NCBI RefSeq assembly: GCF_051307035.1
Contig: NZ_CP195536.1
Location: 2,760,001-2,792,000, forward strand
Origin: Psychrobacter sp. DM4
GTDB taxonomy: Bacteria > Pseudomonadota > Gammaproteobacteria > Pseudomonadales > Moraxellaceae
Direction: 5' to 3'
DNA: 32,000 nt
A program made the position numbers and the translations under genes. Position 1 is the stretch's first letter; the number at the start of each line of letters is the position of its first letter. The notes beneath the pieces were generated by a model. It did not search any database. It saw nothing but the letters and a program-made list of their open reading frames with translations, and was not told the DNA's origin. This document shows, piece by piece, positions 16,758 to 26,736 of this stretch.

Positions 16758-18077
16758 ATGAAATTCTCAAAGTTCGGTCAGAAATTTACCCAGCCCACTG
16801 GCATTTCACAATTGATGGATGACTTAGGCGATGCGCTAAAGAGCGATCAGCCAGTCAATATGCTAGGCGGCGGTAATCCTGCCAAGATTGATGCTGTCAA
16901 TGAGCTGTTTTTGGAGACGTATAAAGCACTTGGTAATGACAATGATACAGGCGAAGCCAATAGTAGCGCTATCACTAGCATGGCGAACTACTCTAATCCG
17001 CAGGGTGATGCGGCTTTTATCGAAGCTTTGGTTGGCTTTTTTAACCGTCATTATGACTGGAATTTAACGTCAGAAAATATCGCCCTGACCAATGGCTCAC
17101 AGAATGCGTTTTTCTATCTGTTTAATCTATTTGGTGGTGCTTTCGTTGACGAAAAGAACGAATCTATCGATAAATCTATCTTGTTGCCATTAACCCCTGA
17201 ATATATCGGCTATAGCGATGTGCATGTCGAAGGTCAGCATTTCGCAGCCGTATTACCACATATCGATGAAGTCACTCACGATGGCGAAGCAGGGTTTTTT
17301 AAATATCGCGTAGACTTTGATGCGTTAGAAAACTTGCCCGCGCTAGTTGAAGGTCGTATTGGCGCGATTTGTTGCTCGCGTCCGACCAATCCAACGGGTA
17401 ACGTGCTGACCGATGAAGAGATGGCGCGGTTAACTGAGATTGCCAAGCGCTATGAGATACCGCTAATTATCGATAACGCCTACGGTATGCCCTTCCCTAA
17501 TATTATCTATTCAGACGCGCATCTGAGCTGGGATCATAATACGATTCTTTGTTTTAGCTTATCGAAGATTGGTCTGCCCGGTATGCGTACGGGTATTATC
17601 GTCGCTGATAGCGAGGTGATCGAAGCGGTCAGCGCGATGAATGCGGTAGTTAATCTTGCGCCGACACGTTTTGGCGCAGCGATTGCGACGCCACTAGTCG
17701 CCGATGATCGAATCAAGCAATTATCTGACGACGTGATCAAGCCGTTCTATCAGCAGCAAGCTAAGACAGCAGTTACACTACTTAAAAAGGAATTAGGCGA
17801 ATATCCGCTAGTGATTCATAAGCCAGAAGGCGCGATATTTTTGTGGCTATGGTTTAAGGATTTGCCGATTAGTACCTCTGAGCTGTATGAAATACTAAAA
17901 GAAAAAGGCACGCTTATCGTGCCAAGTGAATACTTCTTCCCTGGTGTCGATATTAGCGATTATCAGCACGCGCATGAGTGTATTCGTATGAGTATTGCCG
18001 CCAATGAAGACACGTTGACTAAAGGTATTGCGGTGATTGGTGAGGTGGTAAGAGAGTTGTATGATAAGGCTAAATAG
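16758..18077 (+). CDS. avtA: Valine-pyruvate aminotransferase (transaminase C)
   Basis: The N-terminus MKFSKFGQKFTQPTGISQLMDDLGDAL...MLGGGNPAKI parallels E. coli AvtA. PLP-lysine motif FSLSKIGLPGMRTG. Confidence 0.88.
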   Translation: MKFSKFGQKFTQPTGISQLMDDLGDALKSDQPVNMLGGGNPAKIDAVNELFLETYKALGNDNDTGEANSSAITSMANYSNPQGDAAFIEALVGFFNRHYDWNLTSENIALTNGSQNAFFYLFNLFGGAFVDEKNESIDKSILLPLTPEYIGYSDVHVEGQHFAAVLPHIDEVTHDGEAGFFKYRVDFDALENLPALVEGRIGAICCSRPTNPTGNVLTDEEMARLTEIAKRYEIPLIIDNAYGMPFPNIIYSDAHLSWDHNTILCFSLSKIGLPGMRTGIIVADSEVIEAVSAMNAVVNLAPTRFGAAIATPLVADDRIKQLSDDVIKPFYQQQAKTAVTLLKKELGEYPLVIHKPEGAIFLWLWFKDLPISTSELYEILKEKGTLIVPSEYFFPGVDISDYQHAHECIRMSIAANEDTLTKGIAVIGEVVRELYDKAK

Positions 18078-18103
18078 ATAGCTTAAAAGTCGTGTCTTTG
18101 AAA

Positions 18104-18137
18104 ACGAAAAAACGGACTATTAAATAGTCCGTTTTTT
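18104..18137. terminator. Bidirectional terminator between convergent avtA and hchA
   Basis: cgaaaaaacggactatt-aa-atagtccgtttttt: a perfect stem flanked by an A-run and a T-run. Confidence 0.8.
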
Positions 18138-18162
18138 AATACAATTACTGTATCAAAACAGT

Positions 18163-19065
18163 TTAGCTGAGCGCTTTTAGTAACGCTTTAGCACTCATTT
18201 TACCAAACTCATTAGCTGCCATTGGTCCATCACCTGTGATCAGCTTTCTATCTTGATGCGTCTGTCCTGAGGCGAGCTTATTGCTAATCGTCATACCTAG
18301 ATTCTCTAGCTTATCGCCAAAGTACCATGGCATCGTCCCTGGCAGGTAACCTAGTTTTGGCATTTGCTTATCCATACCCGTAGGGAACGCGACTAGCTTA
18401 TAACCTTTAAAGATAAAGTCTTGCTTAGCGTTATCGTCTTTGTCAGGACCATCTAAACTAGCCGCCAATAAAGCCGCAGGGCCATGACATAATGACAAGG
18501 TAAATAGATCTTTTTTGTGACCCCAACGGAGCAATTCACCGAGGTTTTTATCTTCGGGTAAGCCTAGCATCGCGCCATGACCGCCCGGAATAAAGATTGC
18601 GGCATAGTCACTACTATCAGCCATGTCATTTTTGACAAAGTCAGCGATACTTTTTGGATTCTCAAGTTTTGACTCGTACTCGTTATAAATCTCTTTAACG
18701 TCTTCATCTTCTTTTGGCATTGCCCACTGCTCGACTTTGACAGACTCGCCCGTTGGCGTAAACACGTCGATTTCAAAACCAGCTTTTTTAAAGTGTAATA
18801 AAGGCACCATCATCTCTACAGGATGGTTACCGGTATCAAACTTATTACCGTTTTCCATGGTCATATATTGCTCTTGGGTACAGACCATGAGTATTTTTTT
18901 GCTGCCAGCATAAGGCGTATCGTACTCGGTATTATCGTAGTTGGTTTTATTCGGCGCTGCCAATTTAAGCGATGATGTCGAGGGAATATAAATGCCTGCC
19001 TCCACTTCTTGCGGCTCTAACCCTAACGTATCTTTGGCTTTGTCTAAGAGGTCTTGGATATTCAT
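18163..19065 (-). CDS. hchA: Hsp31-type glyoxalase III / protein deglycase (DJ-1/PfpI superfamily)
   Basis: Collinear with E. coli HchA from memory: FDTGNHPVEMMVPLLHFKKAGFE, AAIFIPGGHGA, nucleophile elbow SLCHGPAAL, and LITGDGPMAAN. Confidence 0.88.
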   Translation of the reverse strand: MNIQDLLDKAKDTLGLEPQEVEAGIYIPSTSSLKLAAPNKTNYDNTEYDTPYAGSKKILMVCTQEQYMTMENGNKFDTGNHPVEMMVPLLHFKKAGFEIDVFTPTGESVKVEQWAMPKEDEDVKEIYNEYESKLENPKSIADFVKNDMADSSDYAAIFIPGGHGAMLGLPEDKNLGELLRWGHKKDLFTLSLCHGPAALLAASLDGPDKDDNAKQDFIFKGYKLVAFPTGMDKQMPKLGYLPGTMPWYFGDKLENLGMTISNKLASGQTHQDRKLITGDGPMAANEFGKMSAKALLKALS

Positions 19066-19304
19066 AGTTTTTCCTTTTTTATTACTTATATGGATTTAAT
19101 CATTAAAAATGATACGTTTAAAGTAACAAAAGGAAGCGACGTTAAATAGAGGAGAGTTTTTATGTTTCGTAATCTTTGTAAAGTGGAGGTTGTAAAGTTA
19201 CAGCGAGCAGTCGAATAACAGCTATTTTGGAAGCCATTTATGTGCTTATTTATATGTGGTCAGGATTGATTAATAGACATTAGAGAGTGTCAACGTTCTA
19301 AAGA

Positions 19305-19682
19305 CTAAGGACGTTTTCTCAAGGACTGACTGGGTAATACGGTAGGATGAAAAATACTTGTCCACTTATTTAATGCAAAAATAATATATGGTAGCAAGCA
19401 TGTATTAATTAGATCACGGATACTGCCAGTGAGTTGTCCGCGGCTCAGACCAGTTACGCCTAGCGCGTCAATCGTGTTTTGATTATCCAGATACTCACCT
19501 AATAGAGCAATACTAGTCACTACGATTAGTGCCATAAAGGTTCTGACACCTTGCCCTTTAAAAATAGGACGTAGAATAAGCAAGCAAATCAGGTACACGC
19601 CAACACCGACATAGATATGCAGCGCATCTTTGGCAAGGCCCGTTACTTCGATAATATTGATTTTGAAGATTTGAAAATCCAC
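19305..19682 (-). CDS. Hypothetical small membrane protein (about 3 TM segments)
   Basis: Open frame with hydrophobic segments and a GTG start. No motif recognised. Confidence 0.45.
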   Translation of the reverse strand: MDFQIFKINIIEVTGLAKDALHIYVGVGVYLICLLILRPIFKGQGVRTFMALIVVTSIALLGEYLDNQNTIDALGVTGLSRGQLTGSIRDLINTCLLPYIIFALNKWTSIFHPTVLPSQSLRKRP

Positions 19683-19770
19683 TTGTTTCTCAAATTTTGT
19701 TATAAATAATAAAAAAGGCGAGTTACGCTTACGCTAACCCACCCTACCGTTAAATTTACTCTTTATCCAA

Positions 19771-20415
19771 CTACACTTTCCACTCTACAAAGTTCTTTAA
19801 CAGTTGCAAGCCCGCAGTATGACTCTTCTCTGGATGAAACTGCGTGGCAAATAAATTATCTTGAATGATACTCGCGCAAAACGGTTGACCATAATCACAA
19901 ATGGCGGCAGTTTGAGTCGTATTAGCAGGATCGCAATAATAGCTATGCACAAAATAAAAATGCTGATTATCATCAATACCATTCCACAACGGATGCGCCA
20001 AATCCATACCTGTAATGGTATTCCAGCCCATGTGCGGCACTTTAATCGTCGCGCCTTGTGCGTCTTGCCACGTCGGATCAAAGGCTTCTACTGTACCATC
20101 CAAGATGCGCAAACAGTTTGTGCCGCCATTCTCACTTGATTGCTCAAATAGGGCTTGCATACCGACGCAAATCGCCATGACAGGTTTGTTAAATATGGCC
20201 TTGCGCACGACGTCGTCAATGCCCGCATCCGTCATGCCGATCATACAATCGCGCATCGCACCGACACCCGGAAAGACGATTTTGTCTGCGCTAGCGACGA
20301 CTTTTGGGTCGTTAGTGATAGACACGTCTGCGCCAACATTCGCTAGTGCTTTACTGACTGAATGCAAGTTGCCCATACCGTAGTCTAATAGTGCAATTTT
20401 AACGACTTTGCTCAT
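19771..20415 (-). CDS. hisH: Imidazole glycerol phosphate synthase, glutamine amidotransferase subunit
   Basis: DYGMGNLHS, catalytic Cys in [14 protein letters not shown], and FHPEKS. Start overlaps the hisB stop (TAATG). Confidence 0.93.
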   Translation of the reverse strand: MSKVVKIALLDYGMGNLHSVSKALANVGADVSITNDPKVVASADKIVFPGVGAMRDCMIGMTDAGIDDVVRKAIFNKPVMAICVGMQALFEQSSENGGTNCLRILDGTVEAFDPTWQDAQGATIKVPHMGWNTITGMDLAHPLWNGIDDNQHFYFVHSYYCDPANTTQTAAICDYGQPFCASIIQDNLFATQFHPEKSHTAGLQLLKNFVEWKV

Positions 20416-21053
20416 TAAAACGCCTCTTTGGTTGACGGCAAAGTATTCAATGCACGCTCATCATATTCACAAGCCATGCGTAGCGCACGAGCAAACGCTT
20501 TAAAGGTGGACTCAATTTGGTGGTGACTATTTTTACCTTTGAGATTGTCCAAATGCACCGTCATCCACGAGTGATTGACAAAACCGTAAAAGAATTCACT
20601 AAACAGATCAACATCGAAACGACCAACGTGCGAGCGGGTAAAGGGAATATCCATGTGTAGACCTGGGCGACCCGATAAATCAACGACCGCGCGGGTCAAG
20701 GCTTCATCGAGTGGCGCATAAAAATGTCCATAACGACGAATGCCTTTTTTGTCACCCAGTGCTTTATTGAATGCTTGACCCAGCGTAATACCCGTGTCTT
20801 CGACGCTATGATGATCATCGATAAAAGTGTCACCCACACATTTTATGTCTAAGTCGAATAGACCGTGACGCTTGATCTGATCGATCATATGATCCAAAAA
20901 CGGGACGCCCGTGTCGACCACTCCTTGTCCCGTACCATCCAGATTGACGGTACAAGTGATCTGCGTCTCAGCCGTATTTCGCTCGACGGTAGCGATACGT
21001 GCTGGACGACCATATTGGTTTAGAATCGAATTTTGGTTAGCATCAGTAGACAT
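20415..21053 (-). CDS. hisB: Imidazoleglycerol-phosphate dehydratase
   Basis: [29 protein letters not shown], and the IGPD fold motifs. Confidence 0.93.
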   Translation of the reverse strand: MSTDANQNSILNQYGRPARIATVERNTAETQITCTVNLDGTGQGVVDTGVPFLDHMIDQIKRHGLFDLDIKCVGDTFIDDHHSVEDTGITLGQAFNKALGDKKGIRRYGHFYAPLDEALTRAVVDLSGRPGLHMDIPFTRSHVGRFDVDLFSEFFYGFVNHSWMTVHLDNLKGKNSHHQIESTFKAFARALRMACEYDERALNTLPSTKEAF

Positions 21054-21272
21054 GACGGCTCTCTATATAAAATAATTTTTGATGTTTTAAGATAGTATTT
21101 GTAAGATGATAGTGATAAGTAGCGCTATCATAGCAAAACGGTATTAAAACAGCTATGGCACGCGCGTAAAGCTCGCGCTATTCTGCTAAAATAGTGCGTT
21201 TAGTATTATCAATGATACTCTCCCATTTGTGATTTTTACCTTTATAAAAGTACTCTGTTATAGGATTCGACG

Positions 21273-21695
21273 ATGCCCCTAGAAGCCATTGCTATTAATA
21301 GTTTGGATGCAAAGCTAATCAAGAAGCCTGCCCGCGATAATGAATTAGCTGAACGTTTGCAAGCGCTCTATGATAGCGACGATAGTCAACCAGATGGTAA
21401 AGCTATCTTAAACATTATTGAGCAAGGCTTTAAGCGCGGACAGTATCTGTATGTCGGTATGTTCAATGACAAGCCTATCGCTGCGGTGGGCTGCTTTGAC
21501 GACGGGCAAACCGATGCCAAACGTTTACAATATCTGACTATTCATGAGCAAAATCGTGGCCGTGCTATCGATGCTAAGTTTATCAAGCTGGTTTATGATG
21601 CGGAAGTCAAAAAAGGCGTGCGCCAGTTTGTCCCTGTAGATAGCAACATTCATAAGATTATGAACGACTATGAGCTACTACGCGTCAAAGACTAA
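21273..21695 (+). CDS. Small conserved hypothetical protein, possibly GNAT-fold / PanZ(PanM)-like
   Basis: 140 aa. The segment FNDKPIAAVGCF...LQYLTIHEQNRGRAI resembles the acetyl-CoA-binding beta4-alpha3 region of small GNAT proteins. Weak recognition only. Confidence 0.45.
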   Translation: MPLEAIAINSLDAKLIKKPARDNELAERLQALYDSDDSQPDGKAILNIIEQGFKRGQYLYVGMFNDKPIAAVGCFDDGQTDAKRLQYLTIHEQNRGRAIDAKFIKLVYDAEVKKGVRQFVPVDSNIHKIMNDYELLRVKD

Positions 21696-21808
21696 CTGCG
21701 CGTCACAACTCGAGTGAGTGGTTCTATTTGCTCATATTATAGTAGAAAAGGCAAAAATGACTTGACACTAGCGCGTATATTTAGTTTAATAGCGACCTCA
21801 ACGAAGAC

Positions 21809-21884
21809 GGCTCGATAGCTCAGTAGGTAGAGCAACGGATTGAAAATCCGTGTGTCGGCAGTTCGATCCTGCCTCGAGCCACCA
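21809..21884 (+). tRNA. tRNA-Phe (anticodon GAA), CCA encoded
   Basis: 76 nt. Acceptor stem GGCTCGA/TCGAGCC, D-loop AGCTCAGTAGGTAGAGC, anticodon loop TTGAAAA (GAA), T-arm GGCAGTTCGATCCTGCC, 3' ACCA. Confidence 0.95.
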
Positions 21885-21905
21885 TTCGTTAACTTCATTC
21901 AAAAA

Positions 21906-21937
21906 AGCCCCGAACAGCTATGTTTGGGGCTTTTTTA
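21906..21937 (+). terminator. Rho-independent terminator after tRNA-Phe
   Basis: agccccgaaca-gcta-tgtttggggct followed by a T-run, preceded by an A-run. Confidence 0.8.
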
Positions 21938-22058
21938 TGGCTGGTAATTGTTCAAAATAGACACTCATTCATAACACTTTTACGCTACTTTCCATTATGA
22001 CTTGCTCAGTATACTGATTAGCACTACTGATAAAGGGTACTACGATAGGAGCGTTTAG

Positions 22059-22559
22059 ATGAGAGAGTTTGATTATGATTTAGACTATAAGAATTTAGAT
22101 CTGCGCGCGCAGCCTGAGTTGTATCGTGTGGGGCGAGGTGAGCAAGGCGTATTACTCGTAGAACCCTATAAATCTGAGATTCTGCCGCATTGGCGCTTTG
22201 CTACGCCTGATATTGCCACTGAGAGTAGTGAGACAATTTATCAGATGTTTTTGGACTACTTAGCAGATGATGACTTTGTTGGTGCGGATATGGCGCGCAA
22301 ATTTATTCAAATGGGCTTTACCCGTGCTCGTCGTTACGCCAATCACAAAGGCGGTAAGAAGTACAAAGGGGCGGTCCCTGATGATAAAAAAGGTCAAAGT
22401 GGCGCGCATGGGCGTGATGAGTTACCTCGTCAAGAGCAAGACCCAGTCAAAGCAGAATCAGCACGTATCTTTAAAGTGAAGTGGGACGACTGCCGCGCTA
22501 ATGAGGACTATCTTAGAATGAAAAAAGAGCATCGCGAGCGTTATAAAGAGATAGAGTAA
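22059..22559 (+). CDS. DUF4385 domain-containing protein
   Basis: YRVGRGEQGVLLVEPYKSEILPHWRF and FIQMGFTRARRYANHKGGKKY match my memory of the DUF4385 family signature. Confidence 0.7.
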   Translation: MREFDYDLDYKNLDLRAQPELYRVGRGEQGVLLVEPYKSEILPHWRFATPDIATESSETIYQMFLDYLADDDFVGADMARKFIQMGFTRARRYANHKGGKKYKGAVPDDKKGQSGAHGRDELPRQEQDPVKAESARIFKVKWDDCRANEDYLRMKKEHRERYKEIE

Positions 22560-22603
22560 GACGGACACGTCAACAACTAATACTATAAATAAAAGGTAAC
22601 ACA

Positions 22604-23287
22604 ATGGATAAGCAACTTTTAATCTTTGATTTTGATGGTACGTTAATTGACAGCGTTCCTGACCTGGCAGATGCGACCAATACGATGTTAGAAGAGCTTG
22701 GCAAACCCATCTACTCGCTGGATACTATTAAAGAATGGGTCGGTAATGGCTCACGTTTACTGGTCGAGCGTGCGCTAGTCGGTAAAACAGAAGTTGTAGC
22801 GGGTGCGTTGACACAAAAAGAGGCAGATCATGCTGAATCTATATTTTTGGAAGCTTACAATAATATCAGTGATAGTAAAACAGTCGCTTATCCTGATGTC
22901 GATAGCGGGTTGCGCCAGTCAAAAGATATGGGCTATACGCTAGCATTGGTCACTAACAAGCCGATACGCTTTGTTCCCAAAATACTAGAGAGCTTCGGTT
23001 GGACGCCGCTGTTCTCAAGCGTGCTCGGCGGCGATAGCTTATTGGTTAAAAAACCTGATCCTACCCCATTGCTCCATACTTGTCAGACGCTAGGTTTTAC
23101 TGCTGAACAAGCATTTATGATTGGCGATTCTATCAATGATATGCTGGCAGGTAAAAACGCTGGCATCGATACTTTAGCGCTCTCTTATGGCTACAACTAC
23201 GGTCAAGATATTCGGGACAGTCAGCCTACTCAAGCATTCGATAACTTTGCAGATTTATTGACTTATTTGGTAAAAGAAAAAGTCTAG
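22604..23287 (+). CDS. gph: Phosphoglycolate phosphatase (HAD superfamily)
   Basis: HAD motif I LIFDFDGTLIDS, motif II VTNK, motif IV GDSINDMLAGKNAG. Confidence 0.8.
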   Translation: MDKQLLIFDFDGTLIDSVPDLADATNTMLEELGKPIYSLDTIKEWVGNGSRLLVERALVGKTEVVAGALTQKEADHAESIFLEAYNNISDSKTVAYPDVDSGLRQSKDMGYTLALVTNKPIRFVPKILESFGWTPLFSSVLGGDSLLVKKPDPTPLLHTCQTLGFTAEQAFMIGDSINDMLAGKNAGIDTLALSYGYNYGQDIRDSQPTQAFDNFADLLTYLVKEKV

Positions 23288-23296
23288 TTGATAGCG

Positions 23297-23962
23297 TCAT
23301 TTGCTACGGTAACTGAGCGCCTCAGACACATGAGCACTCGTAATATCGATACTATCAGCGAGATCTGCGATAGTACGCGCGACCCGCAATACCCGATGAT
23401 AGCCGCGCGCTGATAAATTTAAACGTTGCTGCGCCATCTGTAGTATCTTTTGCTCGCCTTCCCCTAATTGAACATGTTCATCAAGCTCGCTGGGACTTAG
23501 CTCATTATTGACCTTATTTTGCCGTGCTAACTGGCGCTGATGAGCCGCTGACACTCTGGTTTGCACTTGCTCCGAGCTCTCTCCTGCTTGAGCGCTTTGT
23601 AGGTCAGCTATCGGTAACGCTGGCACCGTAATATGCAAATCAATGCGATCTAACAAGGGTCCTGATAGCTTGTCTTGATACCGCTTAATCTGCTCAGGAC
23701 GGCAGCGACAACGTCCTGATGCATCACCATCATAACCGCAAGGACAAGGATTCATCGCGGCCACCAGTTGAAAATTGGCCGGAAAGGTCATTTGAGAGTT
23801 GGCGCGGCTAATGGTGATTTGTTTGGCTTCTAGTGGCTGGCGCAGTACTTCTAATACCGTACGCTCAAATTCAGGTAACTCATCAAGGAACAAAACCCCT
23901 TTATTAGCAAGGGTAATCTCCCCAGGTTTAGGTCGTGAGCCGCTGTCAATTCCAACAATAGA
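23297..23962 (-). pseudogene. comM: comM (YifB-type Mg-chelatase-like AAA+ competence protein), 3' fragment truncated by transposon insertion
   Basis: Encodes only the C-terminal ~221 residues: Walker B GVLFLDELPEF, MNPCPCGY, and the C-terminal RVLRVARTIADL. The N-terminal half is missing. The ORF-track ATG at 23966-23968 lies inside the transposon terminus (TGTCAT). Confidence 0.85.
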
Positions 23963-24079
23963 TGTCATAATTAAAGTATTTTTTTTGGCCTAAAGCATAT
24001 TATTGCCTAAATTAAATGTCAAATATTACCAGTAATAGCTGTCATAATCTTACAAATTACCAGAAATAGGTGTCATAAT
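23963..24079 (+). repeat. Transposon end with candidate TnsB-binding repeats
   Basis: TGTCATAAT occurs at 23963, 24040 and 24071, and TGTCAAATAT at 24017. A 24-nt direct repeat ATTACCAG(T/A)AATAG(C/G)TGTCATAAT lies at 24025-24048 and 24056-24079 (22 of 24 identical). Confidence 0.7.
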
Positions 24080-24725
24080 GTTCAAACATCAAACCCGTAA
24101 AATAAAACCGACAAGAAGGAGTGTTTCAGGTGTCATTTCTTATAAGAAAAAGCCGCTTGCTTACGAATCGACTTTAGAAAGAGACTTTATCATCTATCAT
24201 GCTTTTCGAGAGGATGTTAAGAACATAACCCCTCAGCCTATAAAGATTCCTTTTACTAAAAATGGTAGAACCTATCATTACACGCCTGACTATTACGTGG
24301 AACTAGATGCTAAATCAGGTAAGTCGTTTATTGCAGAAGTTAAACCTAAAAGTGAGTGGCAACTAAACTGGCGTGATTGGTCTGATAAGTGGAAAGCAGC
24401 TAAGCGATATTGTCAGGGGGAAGGTATTAGGTTCATCATATTCGATGAGGATAGGATTCGGCATGATGCCCTTGAGAATATCAACTTTCTGAGGGCTTAT
24501 GAGTCCATAAGCGTTAGTAAGGAAGAGATTAAAGTAATACTTGCTGATATCAAGCAGCGTGGTATTACCACTGCTGACTACATCTTGGCGAGATACTTTA
24601 AATCGGCACTTTATCGGCCTGATGGGCAGGCATTAATTTGGCACTTAATGGCAAATAAACAAATCGGGTTTGATGTTTGGAGCGACGTTCGAGACCCGCA
24701 AATGGAGGTCTGGCATGTTGAATAA
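24078..24725 (+). CDS. tnsA: Tn7 TnsA-like endonuclease
   Basis: Restriction-endonuclease-like catalytic pattern: YESTLERDF (E), YTPDYYVEL (D), AEVKPKSE (E/Q-x-K). First gene inside the TGT end. Confidence 0.85.
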   Translation: MFKHQTRKIKPTRRSVSGVISYKKKPLAYESTLERDFIIYHAFREDVKNITPQPIKIPFTKNGRTYHYTPDYYVELDAKSGKSFIAEVKPKSEWQLNWRDWSDKWKAAKRYCQGEGIRFIIFDEDRIRHDALENINFLRAYESISVSKEEIKVILADIKQRGITTADYILARYFKSALYRPDGQALIWHLMANKQIGFDVWSDVRDPQMEVWHVE

Positions 24726-26736
24726 CGAAGTAGTAACCAAACCAATAGGGTTAAGAATGAGCACTCATTTCGATACTAGCAGTCCATATAGCCGTGATCA
24801 TATTCAAATGGTGCTAGGTGGCATATATCGTAATAAAACCGATGACGATGAATACCAGCTTATCGAATATCTTGACGACTTAAATCAGGCGGTGTTTAAA
24901 AATTTAAAAACACTGAGTAATCAGGTTTTATCCATCCATGACTTTGATAACGTAACAGATGGTGCAAATACCTCGTTTGTCATTGACCTTAATGACATTG
25001 GTGATGATGAGTGGCAAGAAGCCCAAAAGAAGCACCTAGCTATTACCCCACTCATTTTGGAAGACGACTGGTATGGTGAGGATCACTATCGAGGTGAGCA
25101 AGGCTATATTAGAAGAGCCGAGGAAGTAGGTGTTTCTACTCGTACTCTTAGACGATGGGTTAACGCTTATCAATCAACAGGCTCAATTGGCTCTTTAATT
25201 GACCAAAAAAGAGGGTGGAGAAAAGGGGCTAAACGTCTAGATGACGATATAGAAAATATCATCAGCGATATCATTAATAATTTTTACCTTACGGTTCAAA
25301 GACCTAATGTACAGGCTGCCATCAGAGAGATCTTTAGGCGTTGTCACTTAGAGGGGATCGATAAACCTAGTAAGAACACCATCCGTAACCGTATCAGCGA
25401 GATTAAAGAAAAAGATTTGTTGCGCGGGCGTGGTCAAAGAAAGCGTGCAAAACAAAAATTTACCCCTAAAGCAGGTCAATTCCCTGACGCCAACTACCCT
25501 CTTAGTGTTATTCAGATCGACCATACACCAGTAGATTTAATACTGGTTGATGATAAGCACAGAAAGCCTATTGGTAGGCCATTCATTACAGTGGCTATTG
25601 ATGTTTATAGTCGCATGGTCACAGGCTATTACATATCATTAGATGCACCATCTGTTACCTCAGTAAGCATGTGCATCTCACGAAGTATTTTACCAAAAGA
25701 TGAGTTGTTACTTGAGTTTGGATTATCCGATATTAAATGGAATGTCTTTGGTGTGCCCAAAAAGATCCATGTTGATAATGGTTCTGACTTTAGAGCCCAA
25801 AGTCTGCAAAAATCTTGCGCTTTTCATGGTATTAATCTTGAATTTAGACCAGTAGCAAGACCTGAATACGGTGGTCATATTGAACGATTGATTGGCACTA
25901 TGATGAAGCGTGTCCATGAATTGCCCGGCACTACCTTCTCTAACATTAAAGAAAAGGATGAATACAACTCTGAAAAACATGCCAGTTTGACCTTGCATGA
26001 GTTTGAAATGTGGTTTCTTACCTATGTCACGATGGATTATCACGAAAGCATACACTCAGGTATTGATCGCAGCCCTAAAGAGCAGTGGCGCATAGGTATA
26101 TATGGTGATGGCTTTGAAAGTGGTGTTGGATTGCCATCTATTCCATCAGACCCTCATACACTAGTACTAGATTTTATGCCTAGTATTGAGCGCACTATTC
26201 AAAGAAATGGCGCAACAATAGATGGCTTGCAGTATTACGATGCTTGTTTAAACAACTTCATTAATCATACTGATGATAATGGCAATAAGACTAAATTTAT
26301 CTTTAGACAAGACCCAAGGGACATTACTAGAGTGTGGTTTTACGACCCTGAGTTACTTCAATACTTTCCTGTGCCGCTGGCAAATCAAGTTCTGCCACCC
26401 ATTAGCCTTTGGGAGTATAGGCGCGTTTATAGGCAGGTGAAGCAGGAGTCAGGAACCGTCAACGAGGCACTAATATATCGAGCATTGCAAGATATGCAAA
26501 CGCTCGTTGAAGAGTCCAAGAGTGCGACTAAGAAAATGCGTAGAAGTGAGCAGCGTAAAAAAGCCCATACTAAATCCCAGACGATGTACGGCAAGTTGCA
26601 AGCAGATGAAAGTATAGAGGTAGATGTATTGGACACGTTGCCTGAATCAACTAGGGTTTTAGGTAAAAAAGCAGTAGAGGCAGGCGGTGATGAGTCTGAC
26701 GATAATGGTGACTTATACTTTGAGGATATTGACTGA
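24715..26736 (+). CDS. tnsB: Tn7 TnsB-like DDE transposase
   Basis: N-terminal HTH region (VSTRTLRRWVNAY). DDE triad candidates IQIDHTPVD, IHVDNGSDF, GGHIERLIG. The ORF track starts at TTG 24670, but ATG 24715 has a GGAGG 8 nt upstream and overlaps the tnsA stop (ATGTTGAATAA). Confidence 0.88.
   Translation: MLNNEVVTKPIGLRMSTHFDTSSPYSRDHIQMVLGGIYRNKTDDDEYQLIEYLDDLNQAVFKNLKTLSNQVLSIHDFDNVTDGANTSFVIDLNDIGDDEWQEAQKKHLAITPLILEDDWYGEDHYRGEQGYIRRAEEVGVSTRTLRRWVNAYQSTGSIGSLIDQKRGWRKGAKRLDDDIENIISDIINNFYLTVQRPNVQAAIREIFRRCHLEGIDKPSKNTIRNRISEIKEKDLLRGRGQRKRAKQKFTPKAGQFPDANYPLSVIQIDHTPVDLILVDDKHRKPIGRPFITVAIDVYSRMVTGYYISLDAPSVTSVSMCISRSILPKDELLLEFGLSDIKWNVFGVPKKIHVDNGSDFRAQSLQKSCAFHGINLEFRPVARPEYGGHIERLIGTMMKRVHELPGTTFSNIKEKDEYNSEKHASLTLHEFEMWFLTYVTMDYHESIHSGIDRSPKEQWRIGIYGDGFESGVGLPSIPSDPHTLVLDFMPSIERTIQRNGATIDGLQYYDACLNNFINHTDDNGNKTKFIFRQDPRDITRVWFYDPELLQYFPVPLANQVLPPISLWEYRRVYRQVKQESGTVNEALIYRALQDMQTLVEESKSATKKMRRSEQRKKAHTKSQTMYGKLQADESIEVDVLDTLPESTRVLGKKAVEAGGDESDDNGDLYFEDID

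Noticed and set aside
19162-19218. An 18-codon mini-ORF (MFRNLCKVEVVKLQRAVE) with a good GGAG Shine-Dalgarno 7 nt upstream, in the hchA / membrane-protein spacer.
   Set aside because: It is too short to support without conservation or ribosome-profiling data, and it has no obvious leader-peptide logic for the neighbouring genes.
21809-22058. tRNA-Phe as an anchor of a genomic island.
   Set aside because: No integrase follows it and no direct repeat of the tRNA 3' end is visible downstream. The next genes (DUF4385, gph) have host-like composition.
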